Of a DNA stretch of 64,000 nucleotides, positions 52,421 through 64,000 are shown piece after piece. Each line of letters opens with the position of its first letter. The first letter of the stretch is position 1. The notes beneath the pieces were generated by a model. The model saw only the letters and a program-made list of their open reading frames with translations. It did not search any database and was not told where the DNA came from. Both the position numbers and the translations under genes were made by a program. The stretch comes from Glaucostegus cemiculus (lineage: Eukaryota), in the NCBI GenBank assembly GCA_976551045.1, contig CDPCPM010000056.1:29574001-29638000 (forward strand), written 5' to 3'.

Positions 52421-52944
52421 CACTGCTTTGTAATAATGCAATTGACTTTCCCCTTCCTTTGTCTTGATCACAGAAGTCAGTTTTCTGTCACTCTCTCCAA
52501 CTCACCTTGAGATGTTGGCTCCTCAAAAGTGACCCCGGCAGTGTTACCAGCACATTCACATAGAGGAATCAATGCGGCTGATCTGGGATTCACCCACCTG
52601 CCACCCACATATGTACTCCTCAGGAGATGATGCTCGAGAGTAATCCTCAAAAGGAATACTGGCCCACTTCCCTATTCCCAAACTGTGACTGCTGAGAAAA
52701 ACTGTAGCACAACCACGAATGCTACTTGCATGAAGATCATAAATTTATCTTGGGTCTCAGCTTTAGCTGAGCTGTTGGGCATAGTCTCCGTCAAGTAAAC
52801 CGAGAGTAATTTTGACACAGATAATAGGTTGATCTTGTTATTGTTGTAATTGGAAACAGTTACAGTGCAGCATTACTCCTAAATGTGGAGTCAAATAACA
52901 TAAATAACTCTTTTGCATTTATAGCTAAAAATCAGCCAAATGTA

Positions 52945-53080
52945 TAAACATATGTGATGGGAAACTGGCATAGTACTTGAGGGAGAAAGGTAAATAGGTT
53001 ATTTGCAGGAAAAGGGTCATGTGTAGCACAAATATTGGCACAGATCCATTGGCCTCTTTCTGTGCTGTAAATATTTCGTA
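52945..53080 (+). mobile_element. CR1 3'-UTR fragment
   Basis: gggaaactggcatagtacttgagggagaaag..ggcacagatccattggcctctttctgtgctgtaa. Confidence 0.55.
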
Positions 53081-53189
53081 CTGCTTGGAATAACCTTCTA
53101 GTGCCAACACCACTTCTCTGAAGGCATCAATAGTTTGTAGATACAAGGCACCATTAACTTCGTATGTTGCTTTCTAAAACGACTCATAA

Positions 53190-53582
53190 AATATTATTTG
53201 ACACCAAACTATGAGTAAATATCATGATGAACAAAAACTTGGTCAAAAAGAAAAACTTTTACAGACCATCTGAAAGGGGGAAAGAGAAGGAAGAGGTTGA
53301 AGGGTGTTGAGGTTTATTGAGGGAATTCCAGAGCTTAGGATCCTGGCAGCTGAAGGCTCAGCCACTGATGTGGGAGCAAGTCAGATCAGTGTTGATCAAT
53401 AGGCCAGACTTGGAGGAACACTGTTATCTTTGAGGATTGCAAAGATTGGAGGAGATTATATAGCCAGTAATGATAAGACTATAGAGGATTCTAAAAGCAA
53501 AAGTAAGTTAAAAAAAAATTGCGTTGCTTAACAAGAAATCAATGGAGATCACTCACTGGGAATATGGGTGAACAGGACTTGG
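53190..53582 (-). mobile_element. L2-type LINE 3' fragment
   Basis: tttgacacca..aaaaacttggtcaaa..gagggaattccagagcttagg..ggcagctgaaggc..atgggtgaacaggacttgg; the last part is the reverse complement of the L2 motif at 42800-42820. Confidence 0.75.
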
Positions 53583-55174
53583 CAGATCTGAACTTATACT
53601 TTACCAGCAGTAAAGAGAATCTAAACTTGATATTTTTGGAGTTAGGTAATTTCCATTAAACAGATGAGTACTTGTGTCAATATCAACATAGTTTGGTGCC
53701 TGCTGGAGGCGCTTAGTAAAACATGCAGCATTGATGGTAGCAGTTGAACAGACTGCTTAGAAGTACTTCAAACTGCTCCTTTGATAAGGATGGTTTCAAG
53801 GTCTCTGATATCTATCCTGGGTTGTTTCTGGTCACAATCCTGAGATGAAGCATCTTTGTGAGTTTCACGTATTTTGCTCTATTTAATTGCACGAGTGTTT
53901 TGCTATGATTATTTTATTTTGGATCAGAAAGCAGGAAAGCCAGCAGGTGATACAAACACATGAGAATTCTCCTCATTTTAAAATGCAACTTCACCTGCAG
54001 ACAAATGAGTTCTGCCTATCCACGGAAAATTCCCTTGGCCTCGAGGGCGCACAAATCCAGCATTCTCAGGTTGCATCGCTCGTAGAACATTGAGGTGACA
54101 TTGCCATACAGGAAATTTGTGGCAGGTATGCTTAAATGGGATGGAATAGTTTGCAGATGATGAATAATTTGAGGCTTGAAATGGAAAGCCAAAATAAATT
54201 CCTTCACAGCTTTTTGTTAGAAAGATGCAGAGAATTAAAATAAGTCTAAAGAAGGCTAAGACACAGTGGAGGAGAGCAGGTTCCATAAGAAAGATGCTGC
54301 TGGACAAAGCTTAGAAACATCTGTGGTGGGATTGTAAAAGTCAATAAGAGTAGAAGAAACTCACAAAGAAAACCTGATGCTTTACTTCCAGCTTTACTGA
54401 CCCGAATGCAAATGAGCATGTTGGTTTAATTAAAGGTGGCAGTTTCTGTGTATCTACAGTTTCCATGGCCATTTTTCTCTTTGCTTCAATGTCACCCCAG
54501 TTCTCTTTAACTTTTTAACAATTCTGCAGCAAGGCTGAACTTTACTGAAAATTCTTTGATCAGACTCCTGCTGACTGTTCCAGTAACTAAACCACACTGA
54601 TAAAACTGCTGTTTTGTAGTCTTGATTCTAGAAAAGCTGCACTTATCAATCCACAAGTGTGATTTCTCATCAATTATCACAGAATTTAACCTTGTTGACA
54701 ATTAACAGGACTAACGTCACACATCTTTAAAATGTAAAAACAATTGTAAAAATATTCATTTTCTTAAATGATCAAACCAGCCAGAGGGACTTGTGCAGTT
54801 TGGAACTACTTCTGTACAATGTGGATCTGTTTTTAAGACTAACATGAATAGAGGTAACTGTACTTACACAGTGGAGCAAGATATTACATACTATAGCTAA
54901 GCTCATAAACAAAGAAAATACACTAAGCTGGGGTGCCTTGTCATTTTAATGTGGTTATAATTCAAAGGGGTTTTTAGGCAGATGGTCTGGTGCCGAGTGG
55001 TTTACAACCATCATCCTCTGTGCTTCTGGTCTTGACCAGGGGAAGGTGGTTTACAGAAGCTGAGCACCATCCCTACAGAGAGAAAGGATCTGAGAATAAT
55101 CACCAATCTGAGTATGCAAACCAAACACAGTGGCAGTAGCTCTGGTGTAGGCTACCCACCAATTTTTGCCTAAG

Positions 55175-55492
55175 ATCATGCAGTCTCAGAGGCCATTCTG
55201 CCCATCATTCTTGGGCTGGCTCACTGATATGCTCCTGCTCTTTCTGCATAAGCCTCCAATTTTGTTTCCTTTCATGAGTTCATCCTAACACTTAATGAAC
55301 ATTCCAAACTGAATCTGCTTCAACTATCTTTGATAGATTGTTGCAGCACACTGCATAATAAAATATCCTGCACATTTCTACCTGGGTTACTCTGCCAATC
55401 TATGTTCTCTAGTTATCAACCTTCCTGCCAATGGAAACAGTTTCTCTCCATTTTCAAGATCATTATTAACTACATCCTCAGCTTTCCCTGCT
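55175..55492 (-). mobile_element. CR1 3' fragment
   Basis: gaggccattctgcccatc..tgaatctgcttcaac..ctagttatcaaccttcctgccaatggaaacagtttctc. Confidence 0.65.
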
Positions 55493-57291
55493 TGAGGGTG
55501 TTAAGATAAAGCCAGAGAAAGAAAAAGAAAGTGTTTTTCTTTAAGTTCTTAGTATTTCTTTTGATCAGACATAAGATGGCAAAGTATAATCCCTTGATAG
55601 TGTTCAGCCCATGCTGCAGTATGCAGAGTCTCAGGTTCCCAAGGGCCCCAAAAATAAATTATCAAGCTGTAGGCAATGAAAGTTATATTATACAAACCAT
55701 ATTCTGATGACATCATTCAGCTATTCATTGCACAAGCCTGATAATCATTAATGAGAAATGACAAAACAAAGCCTATTAAGAACTACAGCACCGTTTCTTT
55801 AAATTAGGAATCACAAGAGAAATGCTGAGAAAGTACATTTAGTAGGTTCATACTGTTTATCTCCTGCACATTCATTTGAGATTTACAGCATTAGGCATTT
55901 TTTGTGCTGTCATTTCAGCAAACTTGCCTTAGTTTTCGATACCTAGTAACAACATAACCCAAGAAGGCCATCAGAAAGTTTCTAGACCCTGGCACAAGCA
56001 TTAGAACACTCTGTTCCATTTTGATTGTTTTTGACTCTGCCATCCTTTAAAGAATACTAATAAACTTGAAAAGCTACAATTCCCTATTATCTCCAAATCT
56101 CCTTGTCGGCACTAGGTACCTCTAGAAACTGGTCTGTGCCAACTGCATAGAACATAAGCAATTTCAAAGCCTGAAAGACCAATGAAATAATCGAAGCACT
56201 GTTCAAAGACCTCCCAATTTCACCAATAGTTTAACATCAATTCAGTTATAATACCATAATATTAAAAATAACTAAAATATCTTAATAGTCCTCATATTGC
56301 TGTTAAAAATTGATCAATTTATCATATAGCCATTAAGACGATTGAAATCTGAAATATTAACATACTTTGCACTCAGCTTGTGACCATTTCTCTATCTGAT
56401 ATCAAGCAACACTGCATCAATCTCAGAATGATGCTAAGCCTAAACTTGTCTACTGTTCCAGACTTCCAAACAAGTATATTGCAGCCCAGAATATGGAATC
56501 CACTTGAGGTCAGAGGCTTATGTACCTGACCACTTGTTTCACTCTTAGACTTGCCATCAAGACTGTGGCCTTCCTTAACTTACTATGTTAAGGGCTTGAA
56601 TGTACTTGGTATCTACCCCTCAAATTTTACAACAGCCACAGCTGGTGCATCCACTTGAATAGGGTTGCTGACCTTCATTAGGAAGGTCAGTGAAGTTTAC
56701 ACTATCTGTTTATTTTTCTTTATTTCAGTCTATATTTGTGCTTTAAATTAATTAAGTGATTTAAACACTTGTTTTATGTTTTTAAAACTAATTATTACTT
56801 CTTTTACTATTTAAATCTATTTCAACTATCTTTAAATGCGTCTTGTCTGTCAGAGCAGTGCTCTTGGAACCGCTGAATGTCACTTCTCACATCTGATCAC
56901 CACTTGTAGCCTGCTCCACTTACAAAAAAAGCCACAGAAACAAGGCCTTGAAGTTATTGGGAGCTACATAGCCACAGGGGTTGAGCATGGATGGTGAATC
57001 AGACCAAGCTTGACCCAATCCATTTCACTATTACAATAAAACCCCCATAACCTGGCATCCTCAGGACTTTGGTAGTGCCGGACTAGCAAATTTTCTGGAA
57101 GCTTGATAAAAATAATTGTGCTCCATAAATTTTTCCTGATTTTTTTTCTGAAACCCATCACATGTGCTTTAAGCCACAGTCTAAGTACTACCATCAGAAA
57201 CACACAAACACTGCCTTCTGTGTGGATTCTCTATTCCATTGTGCTTACAGTTAAGGTAATGTAGCAGACACCCAGGTGTCTTGGAGAAAAA

Positions 57292-57416
57292 AGTCTGCAG
57301 ATGCTAGAAATCCAAGAACAAAACCAGAAAATGCTGCAAGCACTCAGCAGGCCAGGCAGCATCCATGGAGACAAAAATAGTAAACGTTTCAGGCCAATAA
57401 TCCTTCATCAGAACTG
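57292..57416 (-). mobile_element. Penelope-like terminal repeat (single arm) with a hammerhead core
   Basis: ctgcagatgctagaaatc..atgctgcaagcactcagcaggccaggcagcatccatggag..aacgtttcagg..ccttcatcagaactg. It lies about 500 bp downstream of the Penelope ORF relic, in the same orientation. Confidence 0.8.
57378..57416 (-). ncRNA. Minimal type I hammerhead ribozyme motif, sense to NFIA pre-mRNA, with a weakened stem I
   Basis: Minus strand CAGTT-CTGATGA-AGG-attattgg-CCT-GAAA-C-GTT-TACTA. Confidence 0.5.
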
Positions 57417-57929
57417 TAAAACATTATCTACTTTATGACATCTAAAAATATTAAAATACTTCATTGATTTTAAAGCATTTTAATATTTTTTAGATATCAT
57501 AAACTGGATAAAGGCAAGCTAACTTCATTTGTTAATCATTAAGTGATTAGGTGTTTGTTCATAATTATGATCTGCAGAATTGGTTGAGTTGAGCATAGAA
57601 TTGGACCCATCAAATTGTCAGCGCTGTGTATATTCTCACCAGAAAATGAACTTCAGCCTATCCTTTTAAGGAAATCAAAAGTGAAACACAGAACCTCAGA
57701 GGTTCTGAAACAGCAGGTGAATTGTTAGCCAAGTTCTGCTGGTTTTAAGTTGGAGAGAGGGTGAGGAGCAGACAGAAGGCAGGGAATATCAATGTTATAG
57801 TGCAGACCAAAGTTGTCAAGAGAACTATTACTTTAAATTCTGGCTGTTGGAGACAAAAAAAGGAACAAAAAGAGAAGACATTGAAACTGAAATATCCAGC
57901 AACATCTGTGGAGAGAAAAAAAGATGGTT

Positions 57930-58745
57930 ATCTGAAATGGTTGAATTCAATAGTCAGTTCCAAGGGCTGCAACATCCCCAGACAGAAGAGGTGCTGCTCC
58001 TTGGAGTTACATTGGACTTTAATGGAACAGTGTCAGAGGCCAAAGACAGAGAGAGGAAGATGTGACAGAGTACCGAAGTGATAGGTGATTGGAAGCTCAG
58101 AGTCACCATTGTGGATTGAATGGAGGTGTCTTGCAAAATAGTTACCCAAAGTGCACGTGTACTTTCAGTGCTGGACAGACTAAATCGTGAGCACAGAATG
58201 CAATGCACTAAATTTGAAGAAGTGCAAGTAAATCACATCTTCACCAAGATGGACTGCTTGGGTCTATGAATGGCGAGAAAGGAAGTGGCAAAAGGGCAGG
58301 TGGAGCACCTCCCACAGCTGCATCGGAGAGCGTCATGAGAATGGTAGTGGTCGGCAGGGATGGAAGAGTGACACAGTGAGTTGTGGAGGGAATGATCCCT
58401 TTAGAATGCTGAAAGGGGAGGGGGGGAGAGGGAAAGATTGCCCAGCGGTGGAATCCCATTGAAGGTTGTGAAAATGGAGATGATCTGCTGAAAGGAGGCT
58501 GGTGAAGTAGGAGGTGAGGACAAGGGGAAATCTACCCTTGATTTGAGTGGAGGGGAGTGGGTGAAAGAAGTGTTGGAAGTAGAAGAACTGCAGGTGAGAG
58601 CCATGTCCACTTTGGTAAAGACGAAGCCCAAAGTTAAGACAAATGAAAGACATCTCAACGACACTGCTGTGGATTGGAACAAATAAGACGGAGAAGGAGA
58701 AACTGGGAGAAGGGAATGGAGTCCCTACGGAAAAATGATCTGTCA
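57930..58745 (-). mobile_element. Penelope-like element relic: RT C-terminus/linker and GIY-YIG endonuclease
   Basis: Frameshifted pieces GRFPLVLTS..FHNLQWDST, SPPPLSAF and HCILCSRFSL (cf. RVPLVLTYHP..FRHLQRDPTT..PSPPLSAF..VYCIRCSRCGL). Near 57930-58000 the reverse strand matches the EEQHLIFRLGxLQP..IEF terminus. Confidence 0.82.
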
Positions 58746-61619
58746 CGATCATGTCCCGCTAAAGCTGTATTTGTGAGTGGTTGAGTAGATTTTATACCAC
58801 AACTTCGTATCCACTGGCAGAGCATCAGAAGATATTGACATTAGAGACTGTCAAAGGACAAACTTAATCCCTACAATACTTTTCTTTGAGGAAGATGAGC
58901 CAATGTTTCCAGGCATGATGGTGCACCTTTTTGAATATCATCAGAAACTTGCTTCTTTCTTCTTCCTGTTAATAAAATTCCCAATTATCAAACTAACCAG
59001 TCAAGCCATTTTGTGCTCTGTCTGACCCATGGCCACACTAACCTTTTGCAGCTGCAATGGCTCCCAGTGGCCTCGAAGCTTTGGTTCTGCAACCATTCCA
59101 CAAGCAAATCAGGCTGTGAATGACAACCAGGCCTCTAGACATCACAACATGAGGCTTCACCCAGTTTGTGCTGATTTTAAAAATCTCTGATAATCATGGG
59201 CATATAAAAAAATTGAAGTTAAATAAATTGAAAATTAACCTATTTTTAAAAATTAATTTATGTTTATTTTAAATCATAGTAAATTGCCATAAGTTTAAAA
59301 CAAAAGAGTGAAATGAAAAAAATATATACAAAACATTTACCTTCACTTAACTTTGTCCAAATGAACGATGTTGCACTCAGTGCGCCAGCTTTGGCTGGCA
59401 TATCTCTGAGGAAGCAGATATGAAATGTACCCAACTCCTTAGCACAGCAAGCTATGAAACTCAATGGTGAATCCAGATGTGTAAGGAGAGGTCTGACACA
59501 CCTGCATGAGGCCTTCAGTGCTCTGCACACTTACTGCAGTGCACAGGCTTGGAAAAGCAGGTTGCAACTGATGCCTTCCCCAGTTTTGTTTGCATTAAAT
59601 TACGCAGTGTTGGGACTAAATAGAAATGCACAAATCAGATTTCTCTTCTGACCCAGTAAATTTAAGTACATCATTTTATTCCATCGTAAATTATCTAGGG
59701 ATAATTTTCAGCCAGAACCTATAACTCTGGAGCTGAAAGAGTGGTAGGTCAGTCTGCTCCAGAACAGCATAAAAGTAGATATCTTTGAGTTCCCAAATAC
59801 CACCACAATATCAATTCTAATACTTCCTCCCAGCAATCATGTTCACTCTTCATCAAGCAAGAATAAAGGGTGGGATAAGGACACACAAATTATTTACATG
59901 CCCTTCAGAATACAAAACCATGGTCAACCTCTCATCAGATAAACATCCAAATGCATCAAGTTCCAGGAAAATTTAGCCAAAGATAAGTTGGTATTCAAAG
60001 TCAAACTATCCACAGTAAGAGGAACCAAACTTTTCTACCTTTTATTCTGATTATACAAAGCTTAAGATCCCTGTCTAGCAAACAATTTTCAAAGCAAATA
60101 GGGGAGGATGCAAATAAATTAGAGCTATTATCTATGGCCCTTTCATTTAATCATTTTTATCTGTAACTAAAGCTCATACATCAGAGAACTGTAATAAGGA
60201 TAATTTGCTGTGCTAATTAAGTACATATTCAGCTGCACTTGAAATGGCTCAAATCAAAGCAAAATTACCTCAAGAAAGGGCCTTGCACAGCAATTTTGGA
60301 TTTTAAATAAGACAAGTGTGCCCAGAATTTCGATTCCACAGTACAAGATTTGTCAGCATTAACAGAATGAAAAATTATTTTCCCCAGAATAAATCGCAGT
60401 TGTGGTGATTTGCAGGTCAAATTACGCCTTCAAAGAAATTCAACTGTTTTATCTTTTGCACGCATGATGTCTTTTCTGGGTGCAATGCACCTTTTGGAAT
60501 ATTGAGAGGCACTCCTGGGATAACATGATCTTAATCCCACAACCAACATGTAAGTAAATTACCTACTTAAATCTTTGGGTCTCGCCATTCTCTCACTATA
60601 CTGACCCTTGACCTGCATAATCTGCTTTCCTCCCTCATTGCTGATGTACAGACATTTTCTGATAGCGCTCACCGAATGCTCCCATCACCGCTCCCAGTTT
60701 TTTTTCCTTTGATGGTATAAATACTCAGGCCTATTTCTATTTCCCTTTTCCCCATAGTTGACATATCAAAGTAATCAGTTTAATTTTTCATTTTGTTGCA
60801 TAAACCTCATTCATCTTTGTCAATAAATTCTGGCCAATAACTCATTCACAGGTGCATATTCCAGCATTCAAAGAGAACATAAGCTTATAACCCTATCTGT
60901 GATGCAAACACGTTACAGTCTTGGAATAAATTGTAAGGGTTTTCTCAAATAAAAGCAAATGTCAGTAACATTCTACAGGAGTTGTCAATATTTCACAGAA
61001 GCAAGCCTCAATGAAATGTTAACAATCAGAACATGCTGTTGAACTGAGGGTGCATGAATCCCCACACGTGGTAAACAAAAGAGTTGTTGAAAAGGAACCT
61101 AGAATTAAGATAACCCGTGGAGCCATTTTTGAGAAGATTGTAGTGTTTGATCTGCATTATGCTTTAAAGTTGGCTTGTAATGCAAATTCATTGTAAAATG
61201 CAAGTCTGATAATGAACAGCTTGAGTAAACTGAAAAAATTGTTTATATGCAATTATGGGATTGCAGAGAAATCTAGGGGCATTAAAAATATTGTGACCAA
61301 TCTAAATTCTGGAGTCATATCCAGTCAGACTGCAGAAACAGTATTTCTGTGTGATATTGTTTATTGACCATCAGAGTACGTTGCCTGAAACACTAAGGTG
61401 AAGAATTCTTTTTCCCACAGGTTACTCGAAAGGAAAGTTCAATTTCCAGCTGCTATCATTCCAGCTGATATTTGTGTAAGATTATTTTGCAACAATCTAA
61501 CGCAACATATCATTTCAAGCAATCAGAGGCTCTTTAAGAATACTTTATTTTCAACTTACAATAATTGTCTTTTAATAATCATAAACCCCCAAATTATTTC
61601 TGTATAAATCTTTAAATTA

Positions 61620-61817
<198 letters not shown>

Positions 61818-63092
61818 TTAGATTGCTGTCAGCTCATTTTTTGTAATTTGTGCTAGGTAATCTTTTATGAAAAAAATGCATAATGCATTCTAAATGTGAA
61901 GCAATTGTAGAAAATGGCAAGACTGACTAGCATAGAATTTGACCTGGGATCATACCTATCACAATTTAGACACCTTTCAGCAAGAAAGCTGATGCAGTGT
62001 ATGTAATAAGGCACTAAGAAAAATGGCCACATCTCAGCCCCACTGACTTCCAAGAAAATCAATCAAAGCTGCAATCTCAAATGCCTAATTTTTAAGTCCT
62101 ATCAATTGCTTCTTTAAGCTTGAATACCAAGGACCTTTGCTTTTAAAGACATTCAGCACTTTTAAAAAATTTAAATTCTCCCTGTTGCTTATTAGTATAG
62201 AATTAAATACTTTCAAAAATAAATCTGTATGAAATTATTATTTAAAATAAACTACAAAATAATTTTATAAATAAAGCCTCAAGATGAACAATAATTGTGA
62301 ATAGGATTGAAATATAAAAAAAGTCAATGTAATTAAGATTTCCTTTATTACAACATGTATCTGGTTGACTAAATTAAGTGCACTATAGTAACATGACTGG
62401 GCTGACGTTATTTAGAAATTGATATCAATCAAGAAATTAGATACTTTTAAACATACCATTTATGTATGATTAAGTCACAATTTTGTTAGAGTTTTAAAGC
62501 TTAGCTTCGTGACTAGATTTCAAACAGGTTAGCAACAAACATTCAAGATCACATTAGATAGTACATAACCCCATTCAAACTTTATTGCAAAAGTTGTTTA
62601 TTTTTAAATCAGAAGAATGTGCAAGTTACTAAGCTTAGACTGCAATTTATAGGTATGCTGTATACCTCACACAATGTGTAGTGCACTGTACCAAACATCA
62701 TACATAATGGCAATGTGTTCTCTTTCTTTTGCCAATACTTTCTTGTCCATTATAACCAATAGGAAGAAGATAGTAATCTGGCAAATACAATTGCACAAAC
62801 TTTGGTTGGTGTGCAGATGTTATGTGACACATGTAGAAATGTGTCAAACATCCTCGTCAGGCTTTAAAACTCAGTTACTATTATATTAATATCAGAAAAT
62901 ACTATTGAGGCCTGGGCAATAGTTGAAGGTAGTGATCAGAGCAGTCTGATACATTTAGTTTATTGGAAAGAGGCTGACTTTATCTTGGTCTTGATAATCT
63001 ACCATAAATGTGGCAAATACATTTTGCTGAAGATCAATAAAGGGAAAATGATTCCATAAGGTTAGCTTAGAAAACTGTTAAACCATGCTCTA

Positions 63093-63329
63093 GACACAAG
63101 AGATTCTGCAGATGCTAGAATCGGGAGCAACACACACAAAATGCAGAAAATAAACAATCGCTGTTTGGGTTGAAACCCTTCATCAGGACTGGAAATGAAG
63201 AGTGCCATTCTGGCTTCTGCCCTCTTCCTTTCGAGTCCTGATGAAGGGTCTCGACCCGAAATGTCGACTGTTTACTTCCCTCCATAGATGCTGCCTGACC
63301 TGCTGAGTTCCTCCAGTATTTTGTGTGTA
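63093..63329. mobile_element. Palindromic Penelope-derived element with hammerhead cores and a 15/16-bp TSD
   Basis: Inverted gggttgaaacccttcatcaggact / agtcctgatgaagggtctcgaccc. TSD TTAAACCATGCTCTA (63078-63092) vs TTAAACCATTGCTCTA (63330-63345). Confidence 0.88.
63234..63269 (+). ncRNA. Minimal type I hammerhead ribozyme motif (antisense to NFIA)
   Basis: Stem I AGTC, then CTGATGA, A, stem II GGGTC/GACCC, GAAA, T (C in the consensus), GTC cleavage triplet, and stem I' GACT. Confidence 0.65.
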
Positions 63330-64000
63330 TTAAACCATTGCTCTATCTTTTTTAAACAAACATCATAGAACATAGCTTTATTTCCAATTTCAACATAATT
63401 ATGCTTCCTTTGTGCATTTCAAGATCAAACTAATTGCTCCTATCCACCTACACAAGCAGTGACGCACAAATGCACACCCTCCCACCCAACCCACCTCTGT
63501 GAAGGCTGCTCATCCTCCCATGACCCTTGAAAGGCGGCAGCAGTTTTATAATCAGGCTTCGTATGTTGTCATTAAGCTCCTCACTTGAAGGAAAAGGATA
63601 TAAGGCATTGCATAATTCATTCTAAGACCTTTCCTCTTTCACTTTATGCAAGTATCTCACTTCCACTATAGGTTTTTTCACATCATACCAAATATGAAAC
63701 TATTCAATGTGTGGAATTTTTAGTAAAAACCTCACATTCTACGCAGGAGCATCAAGATGTTATGCAATTGCAAAGGAATGTAAAGAAACATTAAAAAGCC
63801 TAAGTGTTTGGGAGAAAATCTTGAATACTGCAGGGGTCGCTTTGTCTAACAGTTTCTCAATTAGGTATCAAAGGGTGACAAAAACAAAAGAAAACTGTTC
63901 CCTGCAGCTGTTCATATAAAATTCCTTGCAAAGCAGAAAAAAGAATGAAAAGCAATCTTTAGGAAGTAGACTGCTTCAAGAATGACCTTCTGTGGCTTCA

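Noticed and set aside
52520-52730. Possible old tRNA-derived SINE remnant (similar hints near 26345-26450 and 40300-40500)
   Set aside because: Too degenerate to assign a family or boundaries without a consensus alignment.

Overview
Vertebrate genomic DNA: AT-rich, CpG-depleted and dense in repeats. The repeat content (CR1, L2, RTE, Penelope-like relics, V-SINE, SacSINE1/DeuSINE-like) points to a cartilaginous fish, probably a batoid; this is an inference. The window lies inside the NFIA (nuclear factor I A) gene on the minus strand. Three coding exons are recognisable, matching human exons 5, 6 and 7: 61621-61738 (118 nt), 48630-48757 (128 nt) and 13396-13524 (129 nt). They have canonical AG/GT ends and splice into one frame (..[124 protein letters not shown]..). 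None of these exons appears in its correct frame in the supplied ORF track. The rest is intron with decayed transposons. Main observations: (1) a second 3' splice site 57 nt upstream of exon 7, with a 117-nt AG-free pyrimidine tract and a distant branch-point motif, whose use adds an in-frame stop (candidate poison or truncated isoform); (2) a family of short palindromic Penelope-derived elements with minimal hammerhead-ribozyme cores and 12-16 bp target-site duplications, plus a relic of a related coding Penelope-like element; (3) a perfect NFI binding palindrome inside NFIA intron 7; (4) a heavily decayed DIRS/Ngaro-like relic; (5) a degenerate ~53-bp minisatellite and a ~98-bp direct-repeat pair. 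Repeat boundaries are approximate and family names come from recalled motifs, not database searches.
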